DNA of 25,494 nucleotides, from assembly GCA_044229145.1 (NCBI GenBank), contig JBGATO010000053.1, forward strand, positions 1 to 25,494. The letters run 5' to 3'. This document shows, piece by piece, positions 8,286-17,900 of this stretch (the stretch's first letter is position 1; every line of letters begins with the position of its first letter). The notes beneath the pieces were generated by a model that was not told the origin of the DNA, did no database searches, and was given only the letters and a program-made list of their open reading frames with translations. The stretch is from Candidatus Eiseniibacteriota bacterium. GTDB taxonomy: Bacteria; Eisenbacteria; RBG-16-71-46; CAZEPH01. The position numbers were made by a program, and so were the translations under genes.

Positions 8286-9989
8286 CTACGCGGCGGCGGC
8301 GCGCGTTGCCACCGCCGCGTGCCGGGGGAAGAAGACGCGCGCCGTCGTGCCTGCACCGGGCGCACTGTCGAGCGTCACTGCCCCGCCCGCTTGCTGCACG
8401 ATCGCGTACACCGTGGCCAAGCCAAGCCCGCTGCCGCGCGACTTTTCCTTGCGCGTGAAGAACGGCTCGAACGCGCGACGCAGAGTTTCCTCGTCCATCC
8501 CACAACCGCTATCCGCCACGGTGAGTGCAACGTACTCGCCGGCCGGCACGCCGAGACGTGCCGCCTCGTCGGACAGCGTCGCGCGGCCGAGCGACACCCG
8601 CACCGTGCCGCCTTCGTTCATCGCCTCGCATGCGTTGGTCACGAGGTTCATCAAGACCTGTTCGAGTTGCATGGGATCGCACACGATCTCGCCTATTTCG
8701 TCGTCGCAGTCGATCGCCAGCGCCACGCGATCGGGCAGAAGCCGCGCGAGCAGCGACGCGCTCTCGTGTGTCACCGCCGCCGGATTGACGACTTCGGGCA
8801 CCACCAACTGTTGGCGCCCGAACGCGAGCAACTGCCGGGTGAGGCGCGCCGCGCGCTCGCTCGCCTCGCCGATGGCCGCAAGCGATCGCGCGTCGGCGCT
8901 GTCGGGCGCCGCCTTCGCCGCGAGCCTCATGGTGTGACCGAGAATCACGGTCAGCAAGTTGTTGAAGTCGTGCGCGACACCGCCGGCCAAGCGCCCGATC
9001 GCTTCCATCTTTTGCGACTGCCGCGCTTGTTCTTCGAGACGCAGCCGCTCGGAGACGTCGACCGCGAACACCAGCACGGCATCGTGGCCGTTGTATTCGA
9101 TGGCGTGCGCGTCGACCTCGACGTCCACCTCGCGCCCGCCATGACCGCGATGCCGCGTGAGCCCGGACGAGACGCCGTCCTCGCCGAGTGGCGGGAACGG
9201 CGCGGCGCCCTCCGCGGCGAGGTCGCGGTCGCGCCGCGTCTCGAGCTCGGCCCGCGTGTAGCCGTAGAGTTCGCAGGCGGCGAGGTTGGCGGCGAGCAGC
9301 GCGCCGTCACCGCGGTCCGCCACCCACATCGGATGCGGATTACCCTCGAACAAGAGCCGATAGCGGCGTTCCGATGCGAGGGCGGCTTGTTGCCGTGCGT
9401 AGGCCGACTGAATCATCGAGAACCGCACGAGCAGCAAGCCGATCAGCAACAACGCCATCGCCGAGCACGCCCACTCGGCGTACGTCGTCCACCGGTCGAC
9501 GTGTGCGGCGTAGGCGGACAGCTGGCTGCTTTCTGCATCGATGCGGCTTGCGAGCTCCTCGAACAACGGGTCCACCCGCTCGCCGTCGAACCGTTCGGCG
9601 GCGTCGCGTTTGCCGGCGCGCAAGAGGCCGAGCTGGTCGCGGGTCACCACCGAGTAGCGCGCGGCGAGGGTTTCCAGCGGGGAGTGGCGCGCCGCCCGCG
9701 GCACCAACGTGCGATAGTCATGCAGCAAGCGGGAGAGTTCGCGGGTGAGCGCGGCGTGCGTCACGAGGGTGGAGGTCGAGGCCGATTCGCCCTGCGTCGC
9801 CCACTCGAGGTTGCTCATGGCGTAGAGGCGAGATTCGACACGTGCCAAAACGGTGACCGCCTGCTGGGCGCGGGTCGAGGTGGTGTGCAAGCGGCTGAGC
9901 CCCGCCACCGTGGCGACGGCGACGAGCGCGATCAGCAGCAGGACCGTTCGGGGGGTCCAGTGGAGCTCGGCATGGTGAAGCGGCGACAC
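8286..9989 (-). CDS. Membrane PAS-domain sensor histidine kinase (TM-periplasmic-TM-PAS-HisKA-HATPase), ~567 aa
   Basis: Two hydrophobic segments, RYRLLFEGNPHPMWV PAS start, H-box AGGVAHDFNNLL, N-box QVLMNLVTNA, DSGCGM, FEPFFTRK, GSGLGL. GTG 9989 is preceded by GAGGGA. Confidence 0.9.
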   Translation of the reverse strand: MSPLHHAELHWTPRTVLLLIALVAVATVAGLSRLHTTSTRAQQAVTVLARVESRLYAMSNLEWATQGESASTSTLVTHAALTRELSRLLHDYRTLVPRAARHSPLETLAARYSVVTRDQLGLLRAGKRDAAERFDGERVDPLFEELASRIDAESSQLSAYAAHVDRWTTYAEWACSAMALLLIGLLLVRFSMIQSAYARQQAALASERRYRLLFEGNPHPMWVADRGDGALLAANLAACELYGYTRAELETRRDRDLAAEGAAPFPPLGEDGVSSGLTRHRGHGGREVDVEVDAHAIEYNGHDAVLVFAVDVSERLRLEEQARQSQKMEAIGRLAGGVAHDFNNLLTVILGHTMRLAAKAAPDSADARSLAAIGEASERAARLTRQLLAFGRQQLVVPEVVNPAAVTHESASLLARLLPDRVALAIDCDDEIGEIVCDPMQLEQVLMNLVTNACEAMNEGGTVRVSLGRATLSDEAARLGVPAGEYVALTVADSGCGMDEETLRRAFEPFFTRKEKSRGSGLGLATVYAIVQQAGGAVTLDSAPGAGTTARVFFPRHAAVATRAAAA

Positions 9990-10264
9990 GCGATTCCCTC
10001 GCGAACCCACGGCGCGCCAGGCCTGGCGTCCCGGCGGAGCATCTGTCTAGATATCGGCCGGCGGGCGCCTGGCGCGAACCGAATCCTGGCCGGGCCCACG
10101 CTCGAGCTGCAACCTCTCCCGGCGCGAGCCCGTCTACCCAGCGCGCCCATCCCGACGGATGGGTCGCTCCCATCGTTTTCCGGCCCTCGGCCCGCCGTGC
10201 CGTGCCGGACCTGCCGCCCGATCGTGCGGCCGCCAACGCACTACCACACGCAGGAGGTTCGAGC

Positions 10265-11209
10265 ATGCTGTCCATTCGCGGCTTGGTGAAGGTGTATCCG
10301 GGGCCGGTGACCGCCCTGAATGGCGTCGATCTCGACGTGGCGCCCGGCATGTTCGGCCTGCTCGGCCCCAACGGCGCCGGCAAATCGACCTTCATGAAGA
10401 TCCTCGCCGGGCTGCTCGAGCCCACCGCCGGAACGGTGACGCTCGACGGGGCCGACATCCTGACCAAGCCGGAGGCGTTGTGGCCGCGGCTCGGCTACCT
10501 GCCGCAGGAGTTCGGCTTCTACCCGCACCTCACCGGCGAGGCGATGCTCGCCCACATGCTGACGCTCAAGGGCGTGCAGTCGCCCGGCGGCCAGAAGAAG
10601 CTGGTCGCGGACCTCCTCGACCGCGTGAACCTGACCTTCGCGGCCAAGCGCAAGGTGAAGGGCTATTCGGGCGGCATGCGGCAGCGGCTCGGCATCGCGC
10701 AGGCGCTCGCCGGCGACCCGCGCCTCATCATCGTCGACGAACCCACCGCCGGCCTCGACCCCGAGGAGCGCATCCGCTTCTACCGGCTGCTCAGCGAGTT
10801 GGCGCAGGACCGCATCGTGTTGCTATCCACCCACATCGTCGAAGACGTCGCGGTGCTGTGCCCACGCTTTGCGGTGATCCGCGGCGGGCGCCTGATCGCA
10901 CAGACGCGGCCGACCGAGGCGCGCGCCGCCATCGCCGGCCACATCTTCGAAGGCACCGTGTCCGCCGGCGAACTGCCGCAGCTGCGCGCCGAGCGCATGG
11001 TGACGCAGGCGTTGCTGGTCGAGGGCCGCAACCGCGCCCGCATCTACGAACCGAGCGGCGAGCCGCCGGCCGGCTTCGTCCCCGTCGCGGCAACGCTCGA
11101 GGACGCCTACCTCGTGATGATGCGCCTCGGCGCGCTGCCCGAGCGCGACGGCTTGGGCCAGGTGAGCGACGGGTCGATCACGACGTCCGCCGTGGAGGTG
11201 CGCTCATGA
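10265..11209 (+). CDS. ABC transporter ATP-binding protein (ABC-2/DrrA-like), ~314 aa
   Basis: AGGAGG RBS before ATG 10265. Walker A GPNGAGKS, YLPQEF Q-loop, YSGGM signature, IIVDEP Walker B, STH H-loop. Confidence 0.95.
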   Translation: MLSIRGLVKVYPGPVTALNGVDLDVAPGMFGLLGPNGAGKSTFMKILAGLLEPTAGTVTLDGADILTKPEALWPRLGYLPQEFGFYPHLTGEAMLAHMLTLKGVQSPGGQKKLVADLLDRVNLTFAAKRKVKGYSGGMRQRLGIAQALAGDPRLIIVDEPTAGLDPEERIRFYRLLSELAQDRIVLLSTHIVEDVAVLCPRFAVIRGGRLIAQTRPTEARAAIAGHIFEGTVSAGELPQLRAERMVTQALLVEGRNRARIYEPSGEPPAGFVPVAATLEDAYLVMMRLGALPERDGLGQVSDGSITTSAVEVRS

Positions 11210-14200
11210 ACCTGAAGCGCCTCGCAACCTGCGCGGCGGTCGAGGTCCGCAACAGTGTGACGCGACCGCTGTTCTGGTTCCTCACGCTCATCGTGTTCCT
11301 CTTGGCGTGGGGATTGTCGACAGGATCGGTGCAGATTTCCTCGGGCGACAGCACCGTCGGCGGCACCAAGGCCTGGATCACCTCCGAGTACGCGCAGACG
11401 CAGATGATGTCGTTCGTCGTGCTGCTCTTCTACGGCTTCTTCATCGCGGTGGGCGGCGGTCTGACGTTGCTCAACGACCGCGAGAACAAGGTCGATGTCC
11501 TGCTGCACTCGACACCGCTCACGCCCGGCGAATACGTGTGGGGACGCTACGCCGGCGTGCTGGCCTCGTTCTTCGCCATCTTCGCCGTGCATGTGGTGGC
11601 GAACGCGTTCTTCAATCACATCGTGCCGCAGGCGCGCGCGGTGGAAATTCGCGGACCGTTCGACCTCCTGAATTATCTGAAGCCGGTGGTGTTCATCGGG
11701 CTGCCGTTCCTGGTGTTCTTCGCCGGTGTGTCGATGTGGATCGGCGAACGCTCACGCAACGCGGTGGTGGTGTTCGTGCTGCCGGTGGCGGCGCTGCTCG
11801 CGTGCGGCTTCTTCCTGTGGACGTGGTCGCCGTCGTGGCTCGACCCACGGGTCAACAAGATCCTGCAAGTCGTCGAGCCGAGCGGCTACCGCTGGTTGAA
11901 CGAGACGTTGCTGAAAGTGGACCGCGGCGTCGCCTACTACAACAAGGCGGCGGTGGCGTACGACGGGCTGTTCTGGCTGAACCGGCTGCTGTTGATCGCC
12001 GGGGCGGCGCTCGCGGTGTGGGGCACGCAGCGCAGCGTCGCGGCGTCGATGCGCGGCGCGGTGACGTCGGCGAAGCAGCCGGCGGCGGGTGCGGCGGCGG
12101 TTTCGAAAGCACCGGAAGAGAGCGGCAGCCTGCTCGATCTCGGCATGCGCGGCGGGCCTCTGCGCTTCCTCGACGGCGTCAAGGCGGTCGGCCGCGCCGA
12201 GGTACGCGAGCTGTTGTCGAGCCCCGGCATGTACATCTTCATCCCGCTGATCCTGATCCAAGTGCTCGGCACCGTGTTCACGGCGGTCGGCCCGTTCGAC
12301 ACGCCGCTGTTGTTCGTGCCGGGGACGATGGCGGTGGGAATCGCCAGTCAAATCACGACGCTGGTGTGCCTGCTGCTGATGTTCTACACCGTGGAATCGC
12401 TGCGGCGCGAGCGTGGCGTCGGGCTCGACGGCATCCTCTACGCGACGCCGCTGCGCACCGGCGCATTCCTCGCCGGCAAGGTGATCGCCAACAGCGTCAT
12501 CGGCGCGACGATCCTCGCGGCGGCTTTGCTGGCATGCGCCATCGGCCTCGCGGTGCAGCACACGGTGCCGTTCTCGGTGATGCCGTTCGCGCTCGTGTGG
12601 GGCCTCATCGTCATCCCGACGTTCCTGGTGTGGACGGCGTTCGTGATGGCGGTGTACGCGGTGACCGGCGAGCGCTACACGACGTACGCCCTCTCGCTCG
12701 GCATGCTGATCTTCACCGGGTACCGCGCGCTCACCGACAAGATGAACTGGGTGGGCAACTGGCCGCTGTGGAACGCGCTGCGCTGGAGCGACATCGCGCC
12801 GTTCGAAGCGGATCGCATCGCGCTCTTGCTCAACCGCGTGTTGTATCTCAGCCTCGCGGTCTTCCTCACCGCGCTCGCGGTCCGTTTGTTCGCGCGCCGC
12901 GGCGCGGATCCGGTGCGCGTGCTGCACCGCGTGCAGCCGGGACAGCTGGTGCGCTCGTCGTGGCGGCTGGCGCCGTACATGCTGGTGCCGGTGATCGTCG
13001 CGGTGACGCTCGGCTTCCAAGTCGGCAGCGGCTTCGAGGGCAGCAAGCAGAAGAAGGCGGCGAAGAACTACTGGGGCAAGAACGTCAAGACGTGGCTCGA
13101 CGCGCCGCTCCCCGACATCGCGCGTGCCGACATCGCGGTCACCATGAATCCGGAGAACAGCGGCATCGTGAGCGATGGCACGCTGGTGCTCGCGAATCCG
13201 CTCGACGAACCGATGGCGCGCTTCCCGATGACCATCGGCCTGCACTGGAAGCACGTGAAGTGGACGATGAACGGCAAGCCGTACACGCCGGAAGATCGCC
13301 AGCATCTGTTCGTGTTCACGCCGCCGGCTCCGCTCGCCCAGGGCGACAGCGTGGCCATCGGCTGGCACTTCGACGGCCGCTATCCCGATGGCGTGTCGAA
13401 GAACGGCGGCAATCAGGACGAGTTCATCCTGCCGAGCGGCGTCGTGCTGACCGGTTTCCGTCCGACGTTCATGCCGGTGCTCGGGTTCGTGGAAGGCGTC
13501 GGCGAGGACAAGGAGAACCAGTCCGATCCCAAGTGGTATCCGCGTGACTACTACAAGGGCATCACGCGCGGCGCGTACGGCGCCACCGCGTGGTTCCCGG
13601 CGCGCATCCGCGTCACCGTGCCGCAGGACTTCACCGCGAACTCGGTGGGCGTCTGCACCGCAAATGTGGTGCGCGACGGCCTGCGCACGCAGACGTGGGA
13701 AACCGATCACCCGGTGAAGATCCTCAACATCGTCGCCGGCCGCTGGCAGGTGAAGCGCGGACGCGAGAACACCGCCGTCTACTACAACGCGCAGCACCCG
13801 TACAACATCGACGAGATGGTGCACGCGCTCGACGCATCGCGGAAGTATTTCTCCGAGTGGTTCCTGCCGTATCCATGGCGCGAGCTCAAGCTGTCGGAGT
13901 TCCCCGGCATGGCGGGGTACGCGCAGGGCTTCGGCACCGACATCACGTTCAGCGAGAACATCGGCTTCCTCACGCGCAACACCGCGAAGACCGACGCGAC
14001 GTTCCTGGTCACCACGCACGAAACGGCGCACCAGTGGTGGGGCAACATCCTCACGCCGTACAACGGCACCAACGGCGATTTCCTGTCCGAAGGCATGGCG
14101 CACTTCTCGACACTGCTGCTGTTCGAGCAGGTGCGCGGGCCGCGCGGCCGCATGGAGTTCGCCAAGGGCATCGAGGCGCGCTACAACGACCGCCGCCGCA

Positions 14201-14805
14201 TCGACAGCGAGCGGCCGATGTACGACGTCGACGGCAAGCGGCCGTCGGACACCACCGTCATCTACGACAAGGGCGGCTGGGTGTTCTGGATGCTGTACGA
14301 CTTCATGGGCCACGACCGCGCGCTGGCCGGCGTGCGCAACTTCATCCAGACGTGGAGTGCGTCGCGGGACCACGCCGCGTTGCAGGACTTCGTCGCCGCG
14401 ATGCGTCCGTACGCGGCGGATCCGGTGGCCTACGATGCGTTCGTGCAGCAGTGGTTCGACCAAGTCGTGGTGCCGGAGTACAAGCTGGCGGACGCCCACA
14501 AGGCGAAGCGTGGCGCGGGCTACGACGTGACGGTGACGGTGCGCAACACCGGCGCCGCGCGGATGCCGGTGGAGGTCGCGGCAACGACGGCAGGCGATCG
14601 CTGGGTGACGCCGAAGAACACCCACACGCCCGGCCGCTGGGCGCAGGCGGCGAGCTATCGTGACGCGCGCGCCACGGTGACGCTCGGCGCCGGCGAGTCG
14701 AAGACGGTGACGCTGCACTGCGCGTTCGACCCGGCGAAGATCGTCGTCGACCCGGACGTGCGCGTGTTGCAGCTCAATCGGAAGAACGCGGTGGCGTCGT
14801 TGTAG
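11206..14805 (+). CDS. ABC-2-type permease fused to M1-family aminopeptidase domain, ~1199 aa
   Basis: ATGA overlap with the ATPase stop. Two multi-TM halves with repeated LLHSTPL / ILYATPL motifs, followed by a soluble domain with HETAHQWWG...SEGMAHF (HEXXH-X18-E) and VIYDKG. Confidence 0.9.
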   Translation: MNLKRLATCAAVEVRNSVTRPLFWFLTLIVFLLAWGLSTGSVQISSGDSTVGGTKAWITSEYAQTQMMSFVVLLFYGFFIAVGGGLTLLNDRENKVDVLLHSTPLTPGEYVWGRYAGVLASFFAIFAVHVVANAFFNHIVPQARAVEIRGPFDLLNYLKPVVFIGLPFLVFFAGVSMWIGERSRNAVVVFVLPVAALLACGFFLWTWSPSWLDPRVNKILQVVEPSGYRWLNETLLKVDRGVAYYNKAAVAYDGLFWLNRLLLIAGAALAVWGTQRSVAASMRGAVTSAKQPAAGAAAVSKAPEESGSLLDLGMRGGPLRFLDGVKAVGRAEVRELLSSPGMYIFIPLILIQVLGTVFTAVGPFDTPLLFVPGTMAVGIASQITTLVCLLLMFYTVESLRRERGVGLDGILYATPLRTGAFLAGKVIANSVIGATILAAALLACAIGLAVQHTVPFSVMPFALVWGLIVIPTFLVWTAFVMAVYAVTGERYTTYALSLGMLIFTGYRALTDKMNWVGNWPLWNALRWSDIAPFEADRIALLLNRVLYLSLAVFLTALAVRLFARRGADPVRVLHRVQPGQLVRSSWRLAPYMLVPVIVAVTLGFQVGSGFEGSKQKKAAKNYWGKNVKTWLDAPLPDIARADIAVTMNPENSGIVSDGTLVLANPLDEPMARFPMTIGLHWKHVKWTMNGKPYTPEDRQHLFVFTPPAPLAQGDSVAIGWHFDGRYPDGVSKNGGNQDEFILPSGVVLTGFRPTFMPVLGFVEGVGEDKENQSDPKWYPRDYYKGITRGAYGATAWFPARIRVTVPQDFTANSVGVCTANVVRDGLRTQTWETDHPVKILNIVAGRWQVKRGRENTAVYYNAQHPYNIDEMVHALDASRKYFSEWFLPYPWRELKLSEFPGMAGYAQGFGTDITFSENIGFLTRNTAKTDATFLVTTHETAHQWWGNILTPYNGTNGDFLSEGMAHFSTLLLFEQVRGPRGRMEFAKGIEARYNDRRRIDSERPMYDVDGKRPSDTTVIYDKGGWVFWMLYDFMGHDRALAGVRNFIQTWSASRDHAALQDFVAAMRPYAADPVAYDAFVQQWFDQVVVPEYKLADAHKAKRGAGYDVTVTVRNTGAARMPVEVAATTAGDRWVTPKNTHTPGRWAQAASYRDARATVTLGAGESKTVTLHCAFDPAKIVVDPDVRVLQLNRKNAVASL

Positions 14806-14839
14806 ACACGGCATCTCGCCAGTCGCGCCTCCACGACGC

Positions 14840-14876
14840 CGGGCGCGGTCGTGGCTCCCGCCTCGCACCGCGCCCG
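14840..14876. terminator. GC-rich hairpin between convergent genes (possible terminator)
   Basis: CGGGCGCGGT (14840-49) pairs perfectly with ACCGCGCCCG (14867-76). No U-tract. Confidence 0.45.
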
Positions 14877-14921
14877 TCTGTCATTCCCGAAGGCCGACGA
14901 CCGCCGGCCTGAACTGCGTTA

Positions 14922-17900
14922 TCACTCGACGAGGACTTTGCTACTCGGCAATGGAACCGGCGTGGTGATTACCCGCATCGGCGGCGGATGATTCAACGTG
15001 CCGGGTTCGTCCCCGTTGCTGCGCGGGATCGAGGTGCCACCGCCGTCGCTGCCACCGCTCAGATCGTACTGCGGTTCCGGATACGGGTTCAGAGTGTTGG
15101 GATCGGCGTTCGCCATGCCCACGCGCAAATCTGGCCCCGCCGGCGGAGCGTTGGGCGGCAGCGTGACGCCGGAGATCACCAGAGACGAGGGCTGTCCCGG
15201 GAGATGCTCCGCGTAAATGGCGAGCGTCACCGCGCCCTCGAAGTAGCTGCCCGCCGGCGTCTGCGGGACCGGCCAGGCATCGATGGGCGCGACACCGCGG
15301 TCCGCGAGGAAGTTCTGCCCCGGCGCGACGTACGGGTTCGGTTCGAGGACGACGGGACGGTCACGCAGCGTCGTGGTGCGCATCGACGCCAGCATGCCCG
15401 GAACCGACGGCGGCCCCGCGAGCAACTCGTCGAGCACGAGCCCGCCGTAGGACCGCGGCGTCGCGCGCGATGCCGCGACGGCGGCCTCGAGCGACACGTC
15501 GGCGCGATTCAGAAAACGGCCGGTGAGCGCATCGTATGGCCGGCCGCCGCGTGAGTAGAGCTGCACGCCCAGCATCGCCATCGTCCCCATCTCGCCTTCG
15601 AACGTGAACGGATTGCCGGACGAGGCGCCGCTCTCCGACATCATGCCGGCCGGCGTGTAGCCGTAGCGCGCGACGACGGTGTGGGCGTCGTTGGTGAGAG
15701 CGAGCGTGTTGCCGCGCTCGTCGAAGTGGTAGTAGAGCCGCGCGCCGGAGGCGCCGTCGATGCTGTAGAGCAATCGTCCGTCAGGCGTCCACACGAAGTA
15801 ACGCACCGCGCCGTTGCGGGTGCGCGCGGCGAGTGTCGGACGATCGGTCGCGTCGTTCCACGTGAAGACATCGCTCGTCGCGCCGGAGACGGCGGTGAGC
15901 GGGCGGCCGAGCGCATCGTACGTCCACTCGGTGGTGGCGCCACTCTCGGTGCACGACAGCATCCGCCCGGCACGATCCCAGACGTAGCTGCGCATAGCAT
16001 CGTGCGTGACACGACCGGCGGCGTCGTACGCCCACCCGGCATCGGTGATCTGCGACGCGGCGTCGACGGTGTGGACGCGCGTGGTGTCCTGGCGCGGCGG
16101 ATCGAGCGTGCCCCGCCGCGTCGCGTGCACGACGCGGCCCATGCCGTCGCGCAACAGCGCCGTGTCGACGAGCGTGTCGCCCGGTGCGCCGACATCGACG
16201 CGACGGGTCTCGGCGCCTGCGGCGTCGCGCGCCAGCGACGTCGACTCATCGTTCGGCCGCACGATCTGGGTCAGAGATCCGGCGGCATCGTACGCGAAGG
16301 TCGTGAGTCCGCCGAGCCAGTCTTGCACGCTGGTCAGGAGGCCGCGCGCATCGTAGCCGTAGGTGATCTGCTGGCCGGGTGCGACCGTGAGAGTGGTGAG
16401 TCTGCCGTTGGCGTCGCGGGTGGCGCCGAGGCCGTTGCACGTCGTGAGACGATTGGCGGCATCGTAGCTGCCGGACCATCCGTCGGCGGAGACGAGCCGG
16501 CGATCCGCGTCGTAACCATAGTGCAGCGTCAGGCCGCCATCGAACGCGATCGACGTCGGCTGGTTGACGGCTTCGTCCCACGTGAACGTCTCGCTGCCCA
16601 CCGGCATCGTCGCCACACCGATGCGACCGCGCACGTCGTACGCATTCGACCAGACGTGGCCGAGCGGATCGCTGGCAGTCTCCAGGCGGCCCGATGCGTC
16701 GAAGGCGCGCGTCCACACCTGGCCGTTGCGATCCGTGAGCGCAACGACCTCGCCGATGGCATTGCGCGCGAACTGCTCGACGCTGCCGTCGCCGAGGGTG
16801 TCGCCGGCGGTGCAGCCGCGCAGATCCATGCCGCGCGCAAGCGTGCCGCCGGCGGGATCGGTCACGCGCAGCAGGTTGCTCATCGCATCGTAGGTGCGTG
16901 TCGACATCGCGCCGGTCGGCGACGTCGCGGTCACGGCACGGCCGCGCGTGTCGTAGGTCCAGCTGCGCACGCCGCCGAGCGGATCGCTCGCGTGCGTCAC
17001 CCATCCTTCGGCATTGCGCGCCAGCGACCACGACGCAGAGGCCGGATCGCTCACGCCCACCAGCCAGCCGTGCGCATCGTACTGGTAATTGTATGTATGG
17101 CCGCCGGCGTCGGTCCTCGCCGAGACCAGGCCGCGCGCGTCGTACTGCAGCGTCGACACGTGGCCGAGCGGATCGGTCACCGAGATCAATCTGTCGGCAG
17201 CGTCGTATGCGTACTGGCGCATGTGGGAGAGTGGCGTGGTCACCGTGGTCACGAGACCGTTGGCGTCGTAGTCATAGGTCGTCGTCGCACCGTTCTCGTC
17301 GGTGAACGTGCGCAAGAGACTGCGCTCGTCGTACACCGACACGATGCTCGTGCCAGTGGGCCACGTGCCGCCGGTGCAGCGCCGCAGCGCGTCGTAGGTA
17401 TAGCCGCGGCCGATGCCCGTCGCATCGAACAACCCCGCGAGCGTTTCGTCGGTGTTGTACGCCGCGTACTTGGTGCCGCCGAGCGGTGTCGTGGCCGACG
17501 TCGCGCGCCCGTGGCCGTCGTACGTCCAGCTCCAGACGCCCCCGCCCTCCCCGACCCACACCGTCTTGTTGCCGGCGCCATCGTAGGTGGCGTGCGCGGT
17601 CGCGCCGTTCGGATAGGTGAGGTCTTGGAGATACGTGAAGGTGGTGCCGGCGGCGGTGGGGAGATTCACGTAGGTCAGTGCGATGGTCGCACCGTCGGCG
17701 AAGGTGACGCTCGCGATGTCGCCCGCAGTGGCATCGTAGGTCGCATGCAGCGTGTGGCCGAGTCGATCGGTGATCGCGATGCGGCGGCCCGACGCGTCGT
17801 AGGAATACGTCGTCATCGCCCCCGTCTCGTCCTTCACGGAGAGCAGCGCGCCGGAGGTGTCGTGCGTGTAGACCCGGGAGAAGCCGGCGGGATCGGTGAC

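Noticed and set aside
10146..10163. Hairpin CCCATCC-CGAC-GGATGGG in the kinase/ABC divergent spacer
   Set aside because: Short GC-rich stem with no U-tract or second copy; no function can be supported.
10159..11205. Long N-terminal extensions in the ORF track (1548 aa permease, 1432 aa Rhs, 777 aa hydrolase, 536 aa sigma, 478 aa MtfA)
   Set aside because: The extensions overlap real neighbouring genes. RBS positions, ATGA overlaps and signal peptides point to later starts, so these are not true fusions.
11752..14868. 1038 aa minus-strand ORF, and similar long ORFs 8319..10289, 15681..18125, 19293..20939, 11307..13547
   Set aside because: Arg/Ala-rich, motif-free frames overlapping well-supported genes; expected from high-GC codon bias.
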